Source: Candidatus Bathyarchaeia archaeon
Lineage (GTDB): Archaea > Thermoproteota > Bathyarchaeia > 40CM-2-53-6
Length of the DNA stretch: 64,000 bases
NCBI GenBank assembly: GCA_050013255.1
Contig: JBEKFP010000001.1
Coordinates: 960,001 to 1,024,000 of the forward strand
Direction of reading: 5' to 3'
Under the pieces are notes generated by a model. The model was not told where the DNA came from. It saw nothing but the letters and a program-made list of their open reading frames with translations, and ran no database searches. Positions 10,431 to 19,617 of this stretch are shown here, piece after piece. Each line of letters starts with the position of its first letter. Positions within the stretch are counted from its first letter, which is position 1. The position numbers were made by a program, and so were the translations under genes.

Positions 10431-11087
10431 ATGCCGCTGAAGACTCTCCAGATAGCTATTCTTGGTGGCAGCGATGACGCAGTCCTTGTAGGGCTCAGAA
10501 ACTTCTCCGTTCATAAACTCATTCTAATCTCGTCTCCCGAATACCTCAGCCAAGCAGAAACACTTTCCGGTAAACTCAAGGATACACTGAGACTCTCAGT
10601 CGAAATTGTTCAGGTCAAAGATGCGTCGATACCGAGTATGCTTGACGCGGTTGGTCAGATCGTGCGCAAAGAGTCGCAGAACTTCGAGGATTTCATCATA
10701 AACGTTGGGTCCGCAGACAAACATTTGACTTGCGCCGGTGTCACCGCAGCATTCGTTCATGGAATCAAAGCGTTCGACGTAATGGGTGACCAGCCGGCAG
10801 TCCTCCCAGTAATGAAATTCAGTTACACCCAAGTCGTCACCGAACCTAAATTGGAAATATTGCGGGCCATTGAGCAGTCAGGCGGTGATGTCGAGAGCTT
10901 AGAGAAGCTTAGCGCAATGTCGAATTACGGGAAACCGTTGCTGAGTTATCATATCAGAGGATCAAAAGACGGCCAAGGCTTGGAGAAATTAGGCCTTGTT
11001 GAAGTTGAACGAGGAAAACGCGGGAGGCTGAGGGTGAGGCTAACGCCACTGGGGCGGACGTTATTAACGACGGCGCCTGTCAAGTAG
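10431..11087 (+). CDS. CARF-like Rossmann + wHTH transcriptional regulator (DUF6293/HFX_2341/Csa3-like)
   Basis: N-terminal alpha/beta domain with FIINVGSADK...AAF (CARF-like NxSxG region); C-terminal wHTH LLSYHI...LEKLGLVEVE...LTPLGR. Confidence 0.72.
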   Translation: MPLKTLQIAILGGSDDAVLVGLRNFSVHKLILISSPEYLSQAETLSGKLKDTLRLSVEIVQVKDASIPSMLDAVGQIVRKESQNFEDFIINVGSADKHLTCAGVTAAFVHGIKAFDVMGDQPAVLPVMKFSYTQVVTEPKLEILRAIEQSGGDVESLEKLSAMSNYGKPLLSYHIRGSKDGQGLEKLGLVEVERGKRGRLRVRLTPLGRTLLTTAPVK

Positions 11088-11271
11088 CAGGTTTGGCTTC
11101 CTTCGGAGCATTGTTGCTCTTTTTCTTATGCATGATCTTCAGCCTGCAGAATACCGGGTCGCCATCTTTGATTTCGAATATCTTGCGGATTTCTTCGGGT
11201 ATAGTAATTCTGCCGCCTGCGGTCACTTCAGCATAGAACGGTATGTCCTCTTCTGCTAATTCTGCTGGCAC
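11080..11271 (-). CDS. AbrB/MazE/SpoVT family DNA-binding protein
   Basis: VTAGGRITIPEEIRKIFEIKDGD signature. Confidence 0.85.
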   Translation of the reverse strand: MPAELAEEDIPFYAEVTAGGRITIPEEIRKIFEIKDGDPVFCRLKIMHKKKSNNAPKEAKPAT

Positions 11272-11347
11272 TAAGAAGCCACCGGCTAATTCAGAGAACG
11301 CCTTTCGCTAAAAAGCATTTTCAACGCGAAAAACCCGGTGATTCATG

Positions 11348-12007
11348 CTAAATGGTGCTGCTCGGGCACCATTCGTTGACTGGGCAAATGCTACATCGCG
11401 GCCTCGGTGCCCTGCAGATTTCGCGGCCGAATGCGATAACCGACAGATGCAACTTCACTCTGTCCTTCGGAGGAATTAACGCCTCCAACGATGTCCGGGT
11501 CTTCTCGTAATTGGCGTTGGCCGGAGCAATCCCAAGCCGCTTAGTGACGCGTGCGATATGCGTGTCAACTGGAATTACTGGGTTTTTTGCGACGAATGCG
11601 AGCAGTATGTCCGCCGTCTTCGGTCCCACCCCAGGCATCTCCATGAGCTTCCCTTTTGCTTCTGCGTAAGGAAGGTTCAGTATGGGTGCGAGGCGGCCGC
11701 CATACTGTTCCTTGATGATCCTTGAAACTTCCTTAATCCTGGGCGCCTTAGACATGTACAACCCAGCTGAGCGGATCAGAGGGATCAGTTGCCTAACCTT
11801 GACCTTCGACAGCACTTCCGGCGTGATCCGGTAGCGTTTTCGAAGCTTTCTCATTGCCGCGTCGCTATTTCGATCATTCGTGTTTTGTGAGAGTATCGTG
11901 TTAACAAGAGTTTCAAAGGGGGATCCAGCCTTCCAAACCTTAACTGGAAACCGCCGGCCGATTATCCCTATCATCTTGATTTGTGTTCTTAGAGTCGATT
12001 TCTTCAT
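11348..12007 (-). CDS. nth: endonuclease III (HhH-GPD glycosylase, 4Fe-4S)
   Basis: LSQNTND, PGVGPKTA HhH, VDTH, C-x6-C-x2-C-x5-C. Confidence 0.92.
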   Translation of the reverse strand: MKKSTLRTQIKMIGIIGRRFPVKVWKAGSPFETLVNTILSQNTNDRNSDAAMRKLRKRYRITPEVLSKVKVRQLIPLIRSAGLYMSKAPRIKEVSRIIKEQYGGRLAPILNLPYAEAKGKLMEMPGVGPKTADILLAFVAKNPVIPVDTHIARVTKRLGIAPANANYEKTRTSLEALIPPKDRVKLHLSVIAFGREICRAPRPRCSICPVNEWCPSSTI

Positions 12008-12107
12008 CGAGGTGGTTCCTTATTTGTAGCGAGTGCTTCCGTTCGTAAGTTTGAAGCACACTTTAAAGCAAACTGTCTTCGTAGCCACATGGAGACGCTA
12101 AGCGAAC

Positions 12108-13481
12108 ATGCGGTCTTTCTTTCTGATCGTAATACTGGCATTTGTCTTAGTGGCTGGTCTACAGCCCGCTGCTTCAGCGGCTCAGGGTAGCGTACTCGTT
12201 GTTCGAATAAGCTCCGATATTTCAAGCCCAACCGCAGAACTTGTTGCGCGTTCCGTCGAGGAGGCTCAAGCTGGTGGAGCTCGGCTCATAGTGTACGAGC
12301 TCAACACGCCGGGAGGCGATTTGGGTTCTGTGACCAATATCATGAACGATTTCAATTCGTCCCCGATTCCTGTTGTGGTTTGGGTGACTCCTTCCGGCGC
12401 AGCTGCTTGGAGTGGCGGAACTTACATCCTCATGGCCTCCCACATCGCTGTGATGGCGTCTGGGACAACAATCGGTTCAGCGCAACCCGTAACAGCGACC
12501 GGGGAGACTGTGAACGAAACCAAAATCATCAACGCGCTTACGGGTTTAATGAGGGACAATGCTCGGCTGCACGATCGAAACGAAACAGTAGCTCAAGAAT
12601 TCATAACCCAGAACATCAACCTCGGGCCTGAAGAGGCCTTAAGGGATCATGTGATTGAATTCGCAGCTGACAACCTAGATAGCCTACTGTCCCAACTTGA
12701 ACCTTACACCCTAGTTCTTTCCACAGGGGAGATGGGAACATCCGTTTGGAAGCTGGTTTTGACCTCTTCAATCAGCTCTGTCACTTACACGAAAAGTTAC
12801 GACTTCTCAGGTATCTCTCAAGCGACGCAGTACAACTATCAGCCAGGCATCAGCATCGCATTACTGCAGTTTCTTTCCAATCCTCTGATTGCGACGGTTC
12901 TGTTTCTTGTGGGCATGTATGCGATAATAATCGGTTTCAAAACGCCAGGCTTTGGGGTTGAGATAGTCGGCGTCCTCATGGTATTCCTCGCTCTAATTGG
13001 GTACGGGATCATCGGCATCAACATTGCCGCTATTCTTCTATTCATCCTTGGCATCGTTCTAACCTTGATTGAGATCAAGACCCACATCGGGATATTCGCC
13101 CTCGCTGGGATCGGGATGATCATCCTCGGCAGCTTCTTGATGTTCCCGCTACCCGGTTGGGAGTTGCTTGCCGCAAGATCTGTTGAGTCAGCTAGGGAGA
13201 CCTTGATTGCCGTTGCACTTGTGATGTCTGGTATTTTCGGTTTTGTGGTCTACAAGGTGGCGCAGGCAAGGCGTATGAAAGTGAAGATGGGCCCCGAACG
13301 ACTCATGGGCAAGACAGGCACCGCGGTTTCAGCTCTCGCACCAAGGGGAGAAGTGAGGGTGGAGGGACAAACGTGGAGGGCAGAGACAGTTGGTGAGAAC
13401 ATCAAGGAAGGGGAAGAGGTTGAGGTCTTGAGTAGAGAGGGGCTAATCTTAAGAGTCAAGCTAAAGCAAGCAGAGAAGTGA
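12108..13481 (+). CDS. nfeD: NfeD long-form membrane serine protease
   Basis: LNTPGG, AWSGG nucleophile Ser, IGSAQP, TM region, C-terminal OB fold (GEVRVEGQTWRA). Confidence 0.9.
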   Translation: MRSFFLIVILAFVLVAGLQPAASAAQGSVLVVRISSDISSPTAELVARSVEEAQAGGARLIVYELNTPGGDLGSVTNIMNDFNSSPIPVVVWVTPSGAAAWSGGTYILMASHIAVMASGTTIGSAQPVTATGETVNETKIINALTGLMRDNARLHDRNETVAQEFITQNINLGPEEALRDHVIEFAADNLDSLLSQLEPYTLVLSTGEMGTSVWKLVLTSSISSVTYTKSYDFSGISQATQYNYQPGISIALLQFLSNPLIATVLFLVGMYAIIIGFKTPGFGVEIVGVLMVFLALIGYGIIGINIAAILLFILGIVLTLIEIKTHIGIFALAGIGMIILGSFLMFPLPGWELLAARSVESARETLIAVALVMSGIFGFVVYKVAQARRMKVKMGPERLMGKTGTAVSALAPRGEVRVEGQTWRAETVGENIKEGEEVEVLSREGLILRVKLKQAEK

Positions 13482-14329
13482 AGGCCGACTTAATGGCGTT
13501 AGAGGATCTACTGAACCCTGAATTCATCGTCGGAATAATTCTAGTATTATTTGTTGTAATGATAATCGCGTCGGGCATTAGAGTGATCAAGGAATGGGAA
13601 CGTGCCCCGGTTCTCCGCCTAGGCCGCTTCACAGGCCTCAAAGGCCCTGGTCTCTTCTACATCATTCCATTCGTAGATAAGATTCCGAATATTGTTTCTA
13701 TGCGCATACAAACGATTCCTTTCCGTACCGAGCAGACCCTTACGAAAGATAACGTCCCCGTGAACGTCGACGCAATTATGTTCTTTCAGGCGGTGGACGT
13801 TGAAAGGGTAATCTTGAACGTCGAGCGGTACCTTGACGCGACAACCTGGGCCGCACAGACGACGCTTAGAGAAGTCATGGGCAAAGTCAGCTTCGACGAA
13901 CTCCTCGCCGAACGTGAGAAGGTTGGAGTGGAAGCCCGAAATATTATCGACGAGAAAACGGAGCACTGGGGAATCAAGGTGACCTCTGTGGAAGTTAAAG
14001 ACATAGCGATACCCCAAGCGCTTCAAGAAGCCATGTCTCGTCAAGCCTCCGCCGAGCGCGAGCGCAGGGCGAGAGTGACGTTGGCCATGGCGGAATTCGA
14101 GGCAGCACAGAAAATGGTGGACGCAGCGAACCTATACGAGAAGAACATGCGTGCTATGGAACTGCGTTGGATGAACATTCTCTACGAGCTCGGGCTGCAG
14201 AGCAAAGGCACCCTTATACTCGTCCCAACGAACACGCCCACAGCCGGCTTTTCAATGGGGTTCCCACCGCTAGGCATAGCCAGCATCCAGGACATTACGA
14301 AAGATAAGAAAGACCAGAAGACCGACTAA
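13478..14329 (+). CDS. stomatin/slipin (SPFH) family protein
   Basis: EWERAPVLRLGR, TKDNVPVNVDA, AQTTLR, QASAERERRA; coupled to nfeD. Confidence 0.93.
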   Translation: MKADLMALEDLLNPEFIVGIILVLFVVMIIASGIRVIKEWERAPVLRLGRFTGLKGPGLFYIIPFVDKIPNIVSMRIQTIPFRTEQTLTKDNVPVNVDAIMFFQAVDVERVILNVERYLDATTWAAQTTLREVMGKVSFDELLAEREKVGVEARNIIDEKTEHWGIKVTSVEVKDIAIPQALQEAMSRQASAERERRARVTLAMAEFEAAQKMVDAANLYEKNMRAMELRWMNILYELGLQSKGTLILVPTNTPTAGFSMGFPPLGIASIQDITKDKKDQKTD

Positions 14330-14418
14330 ATTCGGCTATAGATTGCAGTGCTAAGTCAGCTTCTCGTCAATCGGCGGCTGACAAGTTCACCTACATATCT
14401 TCATGAGTGGTTTGAGTA

Positions 14419-15396
14419 ATGAGAATGCAGGAATATGTCTTGAATTGGCTACTCGAACCAGATCAGCCAGTCATCCGCTACGGGACGTTACTGCATTTGC
14501 TTGGTCATTCGAAAAGAAGCACGGATGTCCGAAAAGCCCACTCGAACATTCCCAAGGTGGGATGGGCGCGTGAAATCCTTGCGGGGCAGAAGCCCGGAGG
14601 ATACTGGGAATCACGGAGAGATCTCTATCGGCCAAAATACTCTGCAACGATTTGGAAGCTCATTGTTCTTGCCGACTTGGGCTTGACCGCGAAGGACGAT
14701 CGAATCCGAAAACCATGCGATTTTTTCCTGAACGAGTACGCTCGGCCAGACGGCGGTTTTGACACTCCAGGCGAGTCGCCTAGGAGTGAGCTTTGCATAA
14801 CAGGCAACTTAGCGAGGACGTTACTCGTCTGCGGGTATGGCGAAGACAGGCGCGTGCTCGCTGCTTTCGACTGGTTGGTAGAAAACCAGATGGATGACGG
14901 TGGCTGGCATTGTTTCTACGAACAGGCTCATGGGAGGGGTACTCTCGATTGCTGGGAAGGCCTGAGCGCATTCGCCGCCTTACCTAGAAGAAAGTGGACG
15001 CGGCGGATCAAGCGTTCGGTGGAGAGGGGAGTAGAATTCTACCTCGACCGGGAACTATTCAGGGAAGGCCGTCGGCGATACTTGCCCTGGTTCCGATTTC
15101 ATTATCCAGTCCACTACTACTACGATTTACTCGTAGGGCTAGATGTCATCACACGCCTGGGCTATGCTGGGGACAAGCGGCTAAGGGCGGCTCTGCGAAT
15201 ACTGGAGAAAAAGCGCCGTCCAGATGGCACTTGGGCTCTCGACGCTGTCCACCCCGATCTGGGGGTGGGGGCCGGTTATAGGTTCAGAAAACGGCCAAAA
15301 CGATTCGCGCTCGAGAAGGAGGGAAAGCCGAGTAAGTGGATTACATTAACTGCCCTGCGCGTGCTGAAAAGGGTTGAAAATGCGAATTTGAAATAG
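14419..15396 (+). CDS. prenyltransferase/squalene-cyclase-like alpha/alpha-barrel protein
   Basis: QW-like repeats (QKPGGYW, QMDDGGW, RRPDGTW), FHYPVHYYYD, GKPSKWIT. Confidence 0.75.
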   Translation: MRMQEYVLNWLLEPDQPVIRYGTLLHLLGHSKRSTDVRKAHSNIPKVGWAREILAGQKPGGYWESRRDLYRPKYSATIWKLIVLADLGLTAKDDRIRKPCDFFLNEYARPDGGFDTPGESPRSELCITGNLARTLLVCGYGEDRRVLAAFDWLVENQMDDGGWHCFYEQAHGRGTLDCWEGLSAFAALPRRKWTRRIKRSVERGVEFYLDRELFREGRRRYLPWFRFHYPVHYYYDLLVGLDVITRLGYAGDKRLRAALRILEKKRRPDGTWALDAVHPDLGVGAGYRFRKRPKRFALEKEGKPSKWITLTALRVLKRVENANLK

Positions 15397-15410
15397 CCGG
15401 GGCTGTGGGC

Positions 15411-16301
15411 CTAGCGGTGACTCTCAGCCAGGCGGATCAGTTGGTTGATTCGGTAGCGAATTGGTGGGTGGCGGCTCGTAAGAGTTGAGCCCGCACCCAG
15501 GATCGAAAGCGTCCCATAAGATCGCAGGTCACTCTTGGGGAACGCTTCATAAATTTTCAATAGCGCGGACGCCAGAGACAGTGGCTTGTTTGTGGCTAGG
15601 GCAGCAGTCTCATCGGCAACCATCTCTCTTTCTCTGTGGAAGGCTGCTTCCACCATTCTTATGAGTGGGTCAATGGGCAGCGCCGTCTTGTAAGCTGTAA
15701 CTAGTGCCTTCAACATGGTGTCTGAGTTCTTTACATGCGCAAGCTCATGCGCCATGACTGCTTCGAGTTCATCTCTCTTCAGCAGTGAGAGAAGTCTTTC
15801 AGATATTACGATCAGCGGTTCGTCAGCGTCGATTGCGAAGGAGATCGGGGCGCTCATCTTTGAAAGTCGGAGCTGCGCGGCTGGTATCCCCATTTCTTTG
15901 CGTAGTGCTTCGAAAGATTCTATGATATCACTGGGAGCTGTGGTTAGGTTTTTTGCTTTAGCGAGGACGATTTTGGGTGAAATGTATCGGAGGAAGATTG
16001 CGAGTGGTAGGCCCGCGGCAATTGCAATCAGGAGGGCGTTCCCGAAAACGGCTCTTACGGCGTTTTCGGGTTGTAATTCATAGGTTCCCGCCGTGGCGTA
16101 GCATAAGAAAAGGCTAAGTGCTAGAAAGAGCCAGAAGAAAATCGAAGAGACTAGCATGAGGCCTAGGCTCCATGAACGCGCCTGAGGGCTTCGCGTCCTT
16201 CTGAAGAAGCCGTAGAGTAACGCTATGCTGGTCAGTGGGATTGTGATCGACGCAACTGTTCTAAAGTCTGAAAAGTATGCGCCGTAAATTCCGAAATCCA
16301 A
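15411..16301 (-). CDS. M56/M48 (BlaR1/HtpX-like) membrane zinc metallopeptidase
   Basis: N-terminal TMs, HELAH, REMVAD, HPP..YRI. Confidence 0.88.
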   Translation of the reverse strand: MDFGIYGAYFSDFRTVASITIPLTSIALLYGFFRRTRSPQARSWSLGLMLVSSIFFWLFLALSLFLCYATAGTYELQPENAVRAVFGNALLIAIAAGLPLAIFLRYISPKIVLAKAKNLTTAPSDIIESFEALRKEMGIPAAQLRLSKMSAPISFAIDADEPLIVISERLLSLLKRDELEAVMAHELAHVKNSDTMLKALVTAYKTALPIDPLIRMVEAAFHREREMVADETAALATNKPLSLASALLKIYEAFPKSDLRSYGTLSILGAGSTLTSRHPPIRYRINQLIRLAESHR

Positions 16302-16307
16302 TCAGGG

Positions 16308-16682
16308 TTACCTTCGGGCTCTGCTAACCTTTCTCTTAAGCTCCGCAGAGTCTTCCTTTGAGATCTGGTCAAGACTATCATAGATTGTGGGAACGACGGA
16401 TGGGCCAAACGCGCTGACGAGTTGGGTCAATGCTCTCTGAACCAAGTTAGCCCGCATCTCTGCAGGCGCAGCATATGAGTAAACGTACTTGGCTCCCCCC
16501 CTCCCAATCACCTTGGAACGTTTGACCAAACCCTTCTTGTGTAGGCGGTCGAGGACTGTGCTAACAGTTGTGTAAGCAACCTTCCTCTGTGCACCAATCT
16601 CTCCCATAATCTCCCTTGCAGAAGCCTTTCCAAGCTTCTGAATCGCACCTAAGATAGCTGCCTGTAACTCACCCAGCGACAT
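16308..16682 (-). CDS. BlaI/MecI/CopY family repressor
   Basis: LGELQAAIL...VAYTTVSTVLDRLHKKGLVKR. Confidence 0.92.
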   Translation of the reverse strand: MSLGELQAAILGAIQKLGKASAREIMGEIGAQRKVAYTTVSTVLDRLHKKGLVKRSKVIGRGGAKYVYSYAAPAEMRANLVQRALTQLVSAFGPSVVPTIYDSLDQISKEDSAELKRKVSRARR

Positions 16683-16697
16683 TATTCATCAACAAGC

Positions 16698-16713
16698 TAC
16701 TATGCTCGTAGTA
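16698..16713. promoter_or_regulatory. putative BlaI-type operator, TACTAT-gctc-GTAGTA
   Basis: Dyad TACTA-N6-TAGTA 16-31 nt upstream of the blaI-like ATG, next to a T-rich TATA-like stretch on the minus strand. Confidence 0.6.
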
Positions 16714-16848
16714 CTAAAAACCATACGCAAGTAACATTGTTACCGCCAAAGCTTACTTTTTTCCTTCCCACGTGTCTCTCTTAGGTTCAATCGTTAGCAG
16801 AAAAAATATACTAGTCGTGAAGAGAGTGTTAGGAGTTGAGGTTGGAGA

Positions 16849-17760
16849 ATGAAGTTCGGTGTCTGTGTACCGAATTATGGTGAAACCGCTTCCATCGATG
16901 GTTTGCGGACCGTAGCCCTTGAAGCTGAAAGGATGGGATACGATTCTGTATGGACTACTGACCATATACTCATGGCCCCTCACAGCGGTACGCCTTATGA
17001 GAGAATTTTTGAAAGCATCACATGCCTAGCTTACCTTGCCTCAATCACAAGTACCGTGAAGCTGGGCATTTCCTCGTTGATTATGGCGATGCGAAACCCC
17101 GCCGTCGTAGTCAAGCAGCTTGCTACGATTGATCATTTCAGCGGCGGCAGAGTTATCCTAGCCACAAGCGCGGGCTGGAATGAAAACGAATTTGAGCATC
17201 TAGGCTCGAACTTCCACGACAGGGGTCGGAGACTTGACGAATCGATTAAACTCATCAAGACGCTCTGGAACAGCCCCTCCGATGCGAAGTTTGAAGGCAA
17301 GAAGATTCCACACAAGTTCACTAACCCAAAATTCGAGCCACCGCCCATCCAACCTAAGCTCACAATTTGGATTGCCGGAAACGGCAAGGCGGCAATGAGA
17401 CGTGCTGCCACGCTTGGGGATGCCTGGCATCCGAACGTCGCACCCCTAGATGTCTTCAGAAAACTTGTTTCAGAATTCAGGAGTATCCCCGAAGCGAAGG
17501 ACAAGGACATCTGTGTTCGCATAGGCCTAAACCCGAAGGCCCCAAGGTCAGAATACGTTAGCCCACAAGGGGAACGTAGGCTACTGCTTTCAAGCAGCAT
17601 GGCTGAAAACAAGAACACGGTGACCGAACTTGAGAAGCTCGGAGTCACGTACATGCTCGTGGCCTCGAGCCCAGATGGAAACGTCCCAATTCCAGATCAA
17701 GTACAGAGCTTAAGGGCCATCTCAGAGGCGTTCATTAGAAAATCAAGCTCCATCGGATAA
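16849..17760 (+). CDS. LLM-class flavin/F420-dependent oxidoreductase (Rv2161c-like)
   Basis: GYDSVWTTDH, RNPAVVVKQLATIDHFSGGR, GWNENEF, IWIAG...RRAATLGDAW. Confidence 0.88.
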   Translation: MKFGVCVPNYGETASIDGLRTVALEAERMGYDSVWTTDHILMAPHSGTPYERIFESITCLAYLASITSTVKLGISSLIMAMRNPAVVVKQLATIDHFSGGRVILATSAGWNENEFEHLGSNFHDRGRRLDESIKLIKTLWNSPSDAKFEGKKIPHKFTNPKFEPPPIQPKLTIWIAGNGKAAMRRAATLGDAWHPNVAPLDVFRKLVSEFRSIPEAKDKDICVRIGLNPKAPRSEYVSPQGERRLLLSSSMAENKNTVTELEKLGVTYMLVASSPDGNVPIPDQVQSLRAISEAFIRKSSSIG

Positions 17761-17827
17761 ATGTGGTTCAACCCTACTGCGATTATAGTCAAGGTTTAAA
17801 TGCGCTGCCTCTGACTACGCATCGTAG

Positions 17828-18226
17828 TTGGTGCTCTTGAAGACTCCCAGTGCGCTGGCCGTGCTCGTCCTGTTAGATTCTCTTCTAATGGCTTACGGTC
17901 ACGTCCCATTAATCCGTGCCATTTTCTTCTCCTTTTCGATTGGCGGATACTTCCTCTTCGCCACCGTCGTGTATATCCTCGGAGGAATCTTCGTAGTGGC
18001 AAATAGGTTATTCAAACTGTCAATTGTGGGGCTGGTGATTATGGCGATAGTGGATGAGCTGCTTCTCATCTACACGAGAACCATGCCCAATATCTTCTTC
18101 CATCGAATGCTGCCTTGGTCATGGGGATTGGTCCCACTCGGTACGGTACAAGTTTTGGTCGGACAAGCCATCCTGATAGTGCTTTGCGCAATCCTCTACA
18201 AAACAAAAAGCTCATCGACGAAGTGA
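17828..18226 (+). CDS. hypothetical membrane protein (about 4 TM)
   Basis: Hydrophobic ORF; a decayed copy of its 3' end lies just downstream. Confidence 0.65.
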   Translation: MVLLKTPSALAVLVLLDSLLMAYGHVPLIRAIFFSFSIGGYFLFATVVYILGGIFVVANRLFKLSIVGLVIMAIVDELLLIYTRTMPNIFFHRMLPWSWGLVPLGTVQVLVGQAILIVLCAILYKTKSSSTK

Positions 18227-18389
18227 ATGCTGCACCTTATTCTTGTACCGCGGTTTTTTCATCGGCAAGCCGCAAAGGCCCGATATTCCTTGCAGCTATG
18301 GGATTTTTTTTGGCTTAACTCGTTACTGTAGCGCCACCATATTCTATCCGCGAATGTAAGGCTGCGACTTTTCATTACAATCTCGAACT

Positions 18390-18520
18390 CTCGGGAGGGT
18401 CATACCCTGGTCTACGGGGTGGTTCCCGCTTGGGACGGTGTAGGTCTTCGTAGGGCAAACAATTCTGATAGTTCTCTGCGCAATCCTCCCTTACAAAACC
18501 AAAGGCTCACCTACGAAGTG
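18390..18520 (+). pseudogene. decayed duplicate of the 3' end of 17828..18226
   Basis: Reads GRVIPWSTGWFPLGTV*VFVGQTILIVLCAIL..YKTKGSPTK* against HRMLPWSWGLVPLGTVQVLVGQAILIVLCAILYKTKSSSTK*; internal TAG and a small indel. Confidence 0.75.
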
Positions 18521-18566
18521 AAGGCCAGACCGTGGTTGGGCTTGAGGCCAGCTAAACTGGGCCAAT

Positions 18567-18760
18567 ATCCCCCTCACCGCAACCGCGCACGCGAAAAAAC
18601 CCTAAAATCAACCCCGCTTGACCCCAAAAAGTGTACCACCCCCCTACCCCCCCTCGTCAAGCGTGCGCGCGCGGCTTGAAAAAAACCGCAAAATCAGCCC
18701 CGTCTGACTCAGAAAACTGAGTCACCCCCCTGGGGGGTACTTGCAAGCGTGCGCGCGATA
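18567..18760. repeat. imperfect ~80-bp tandem repeat (about 2.3 units) with C-runs, CAAGCGTGCGCGCG cores and hairpins
   Basis: caaccgcgcacgcg (18580), caagcgtgcgcgcg (18658, 18744); aaaaaacc..aaaatca.ccccg..tgac twice; hairpin TGACTCAG-AAAA-CTGAGTCA at 18705-18724. Confidence 0.75.
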
Positions 18761-18798
18761 ATCCCTCCGAGTCAAAGGTGCCTGACCCATTCTTCCGT

Positions 18799-19617
18799 TT
18801 AGCTTGCCTTAGTGATCTCTCGTTCAGCGATTGAGAGCGGCTTGCCGGTAGCCTTCTTTCTTCGCATGATGATTTCAGCCATTGTGCTGACGGCGATTTC
18901 TGCTGGGGTTTCAGCGCCAATGTCCAAGCCGATTGGTGTTACCACGCGGCGGAGTTGGTCTTCGGGAACTTTATCCCTTCTCAACTTCCCTAGAATCGCC
19001 TTCGCTTTGGATTCGCTTGAAATCATTCCTATGTAGGCTGCTTTTGACCCGATGACGGTTCTGAGGGCTAATTCATCGGATTCGCCAGCATAGGTTAAGA
19101 TCACCACGTACGTCTGCTCATCAATTGGGACTTCCCGCAACGCCTTCTCCCAGTCATCAACGATGAGTTTGTCCGCTTCTGGAAATCTTTCCTTGGTAGC
19201 GTACTCAGTCCTATCGTCGACGACGACCACCCTGAACCCTAGTAGTTTTCCTAGTGCAGCCATGGGTTGGGCGACGTGGCCTGCGCCGGCTAGGAGTAAA
19301 GTTTCGCGGGGTTGGAAGACGTTGATGAAACAGGTTATGACGCCCGCGCATACAGGGAGGGGCATTTTGACGGTTCTTGGTTTTCCCTCTTTGATTGCTG
19401 AAATGGCTTGGTCGATTAGTTGTAGTTCGGCAACGGCTCCGCCAACAGTTCCGATCACTCTACCCTCACTGGTTACAATCATCGAGGAGCCAAGGTGGCG
19501 CGCGCTGGACCCCTCTTGGCCGATTATCGTTACCCAAGCGAAGGCTTTGGATGCTTCAATCAGCTTATTCGCTTCTTGAATGATCTCTGTGTCCGAAGCT
19601 ACTGGGATAAGTTTCAA
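18799..19617 (-). CDS. xdhC: XdhC/CoxI family Mo-cofactor maturation protein
   Basis: GTVGG, GAGHVA, VVDDR, YIGMISS, PIGLDIGAETPAEIAVS. Confidence 0.92.
   Translation of the reverse strand: MKLIPVASDTEIIQEANKLIEASKAFAWVTIIGQEGSSARHLGSSMIVTSEGRVIGTVGGAVAELQLIDQAISAIKEGKPRTVKMPLPVCAGVITCFINVFQPRETLLLAGAGHVAQPMAALGKLLGFRVVVVDDRTEYATKERFPEADKLIVDDWEKALREVPIDEQTYVVILTYAGESDELALRTVIGSKAAYIGMISSESKAKAILGKLRRDKVPEDQLRRVVTPIGLDIGAETPAEIAVSTMAEIIMRRKKATGKPLSIAEREITKAS

Noticed and set aside
11080-11271. Toxin-antitoxin pair around the AbrB/MazE gene
   Set aside because: No adjacent PIN/MazF toxin ORF; it looks like a solo regulator
18567-18760. CRISPR array or archaeal replication origin (ORB G-strings)
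   Set aside because: Units are similar along their whole length with no unique spacers and no cas genes; there is no ORB core consensus, AT-rich unwinding element or cdc6 nearby
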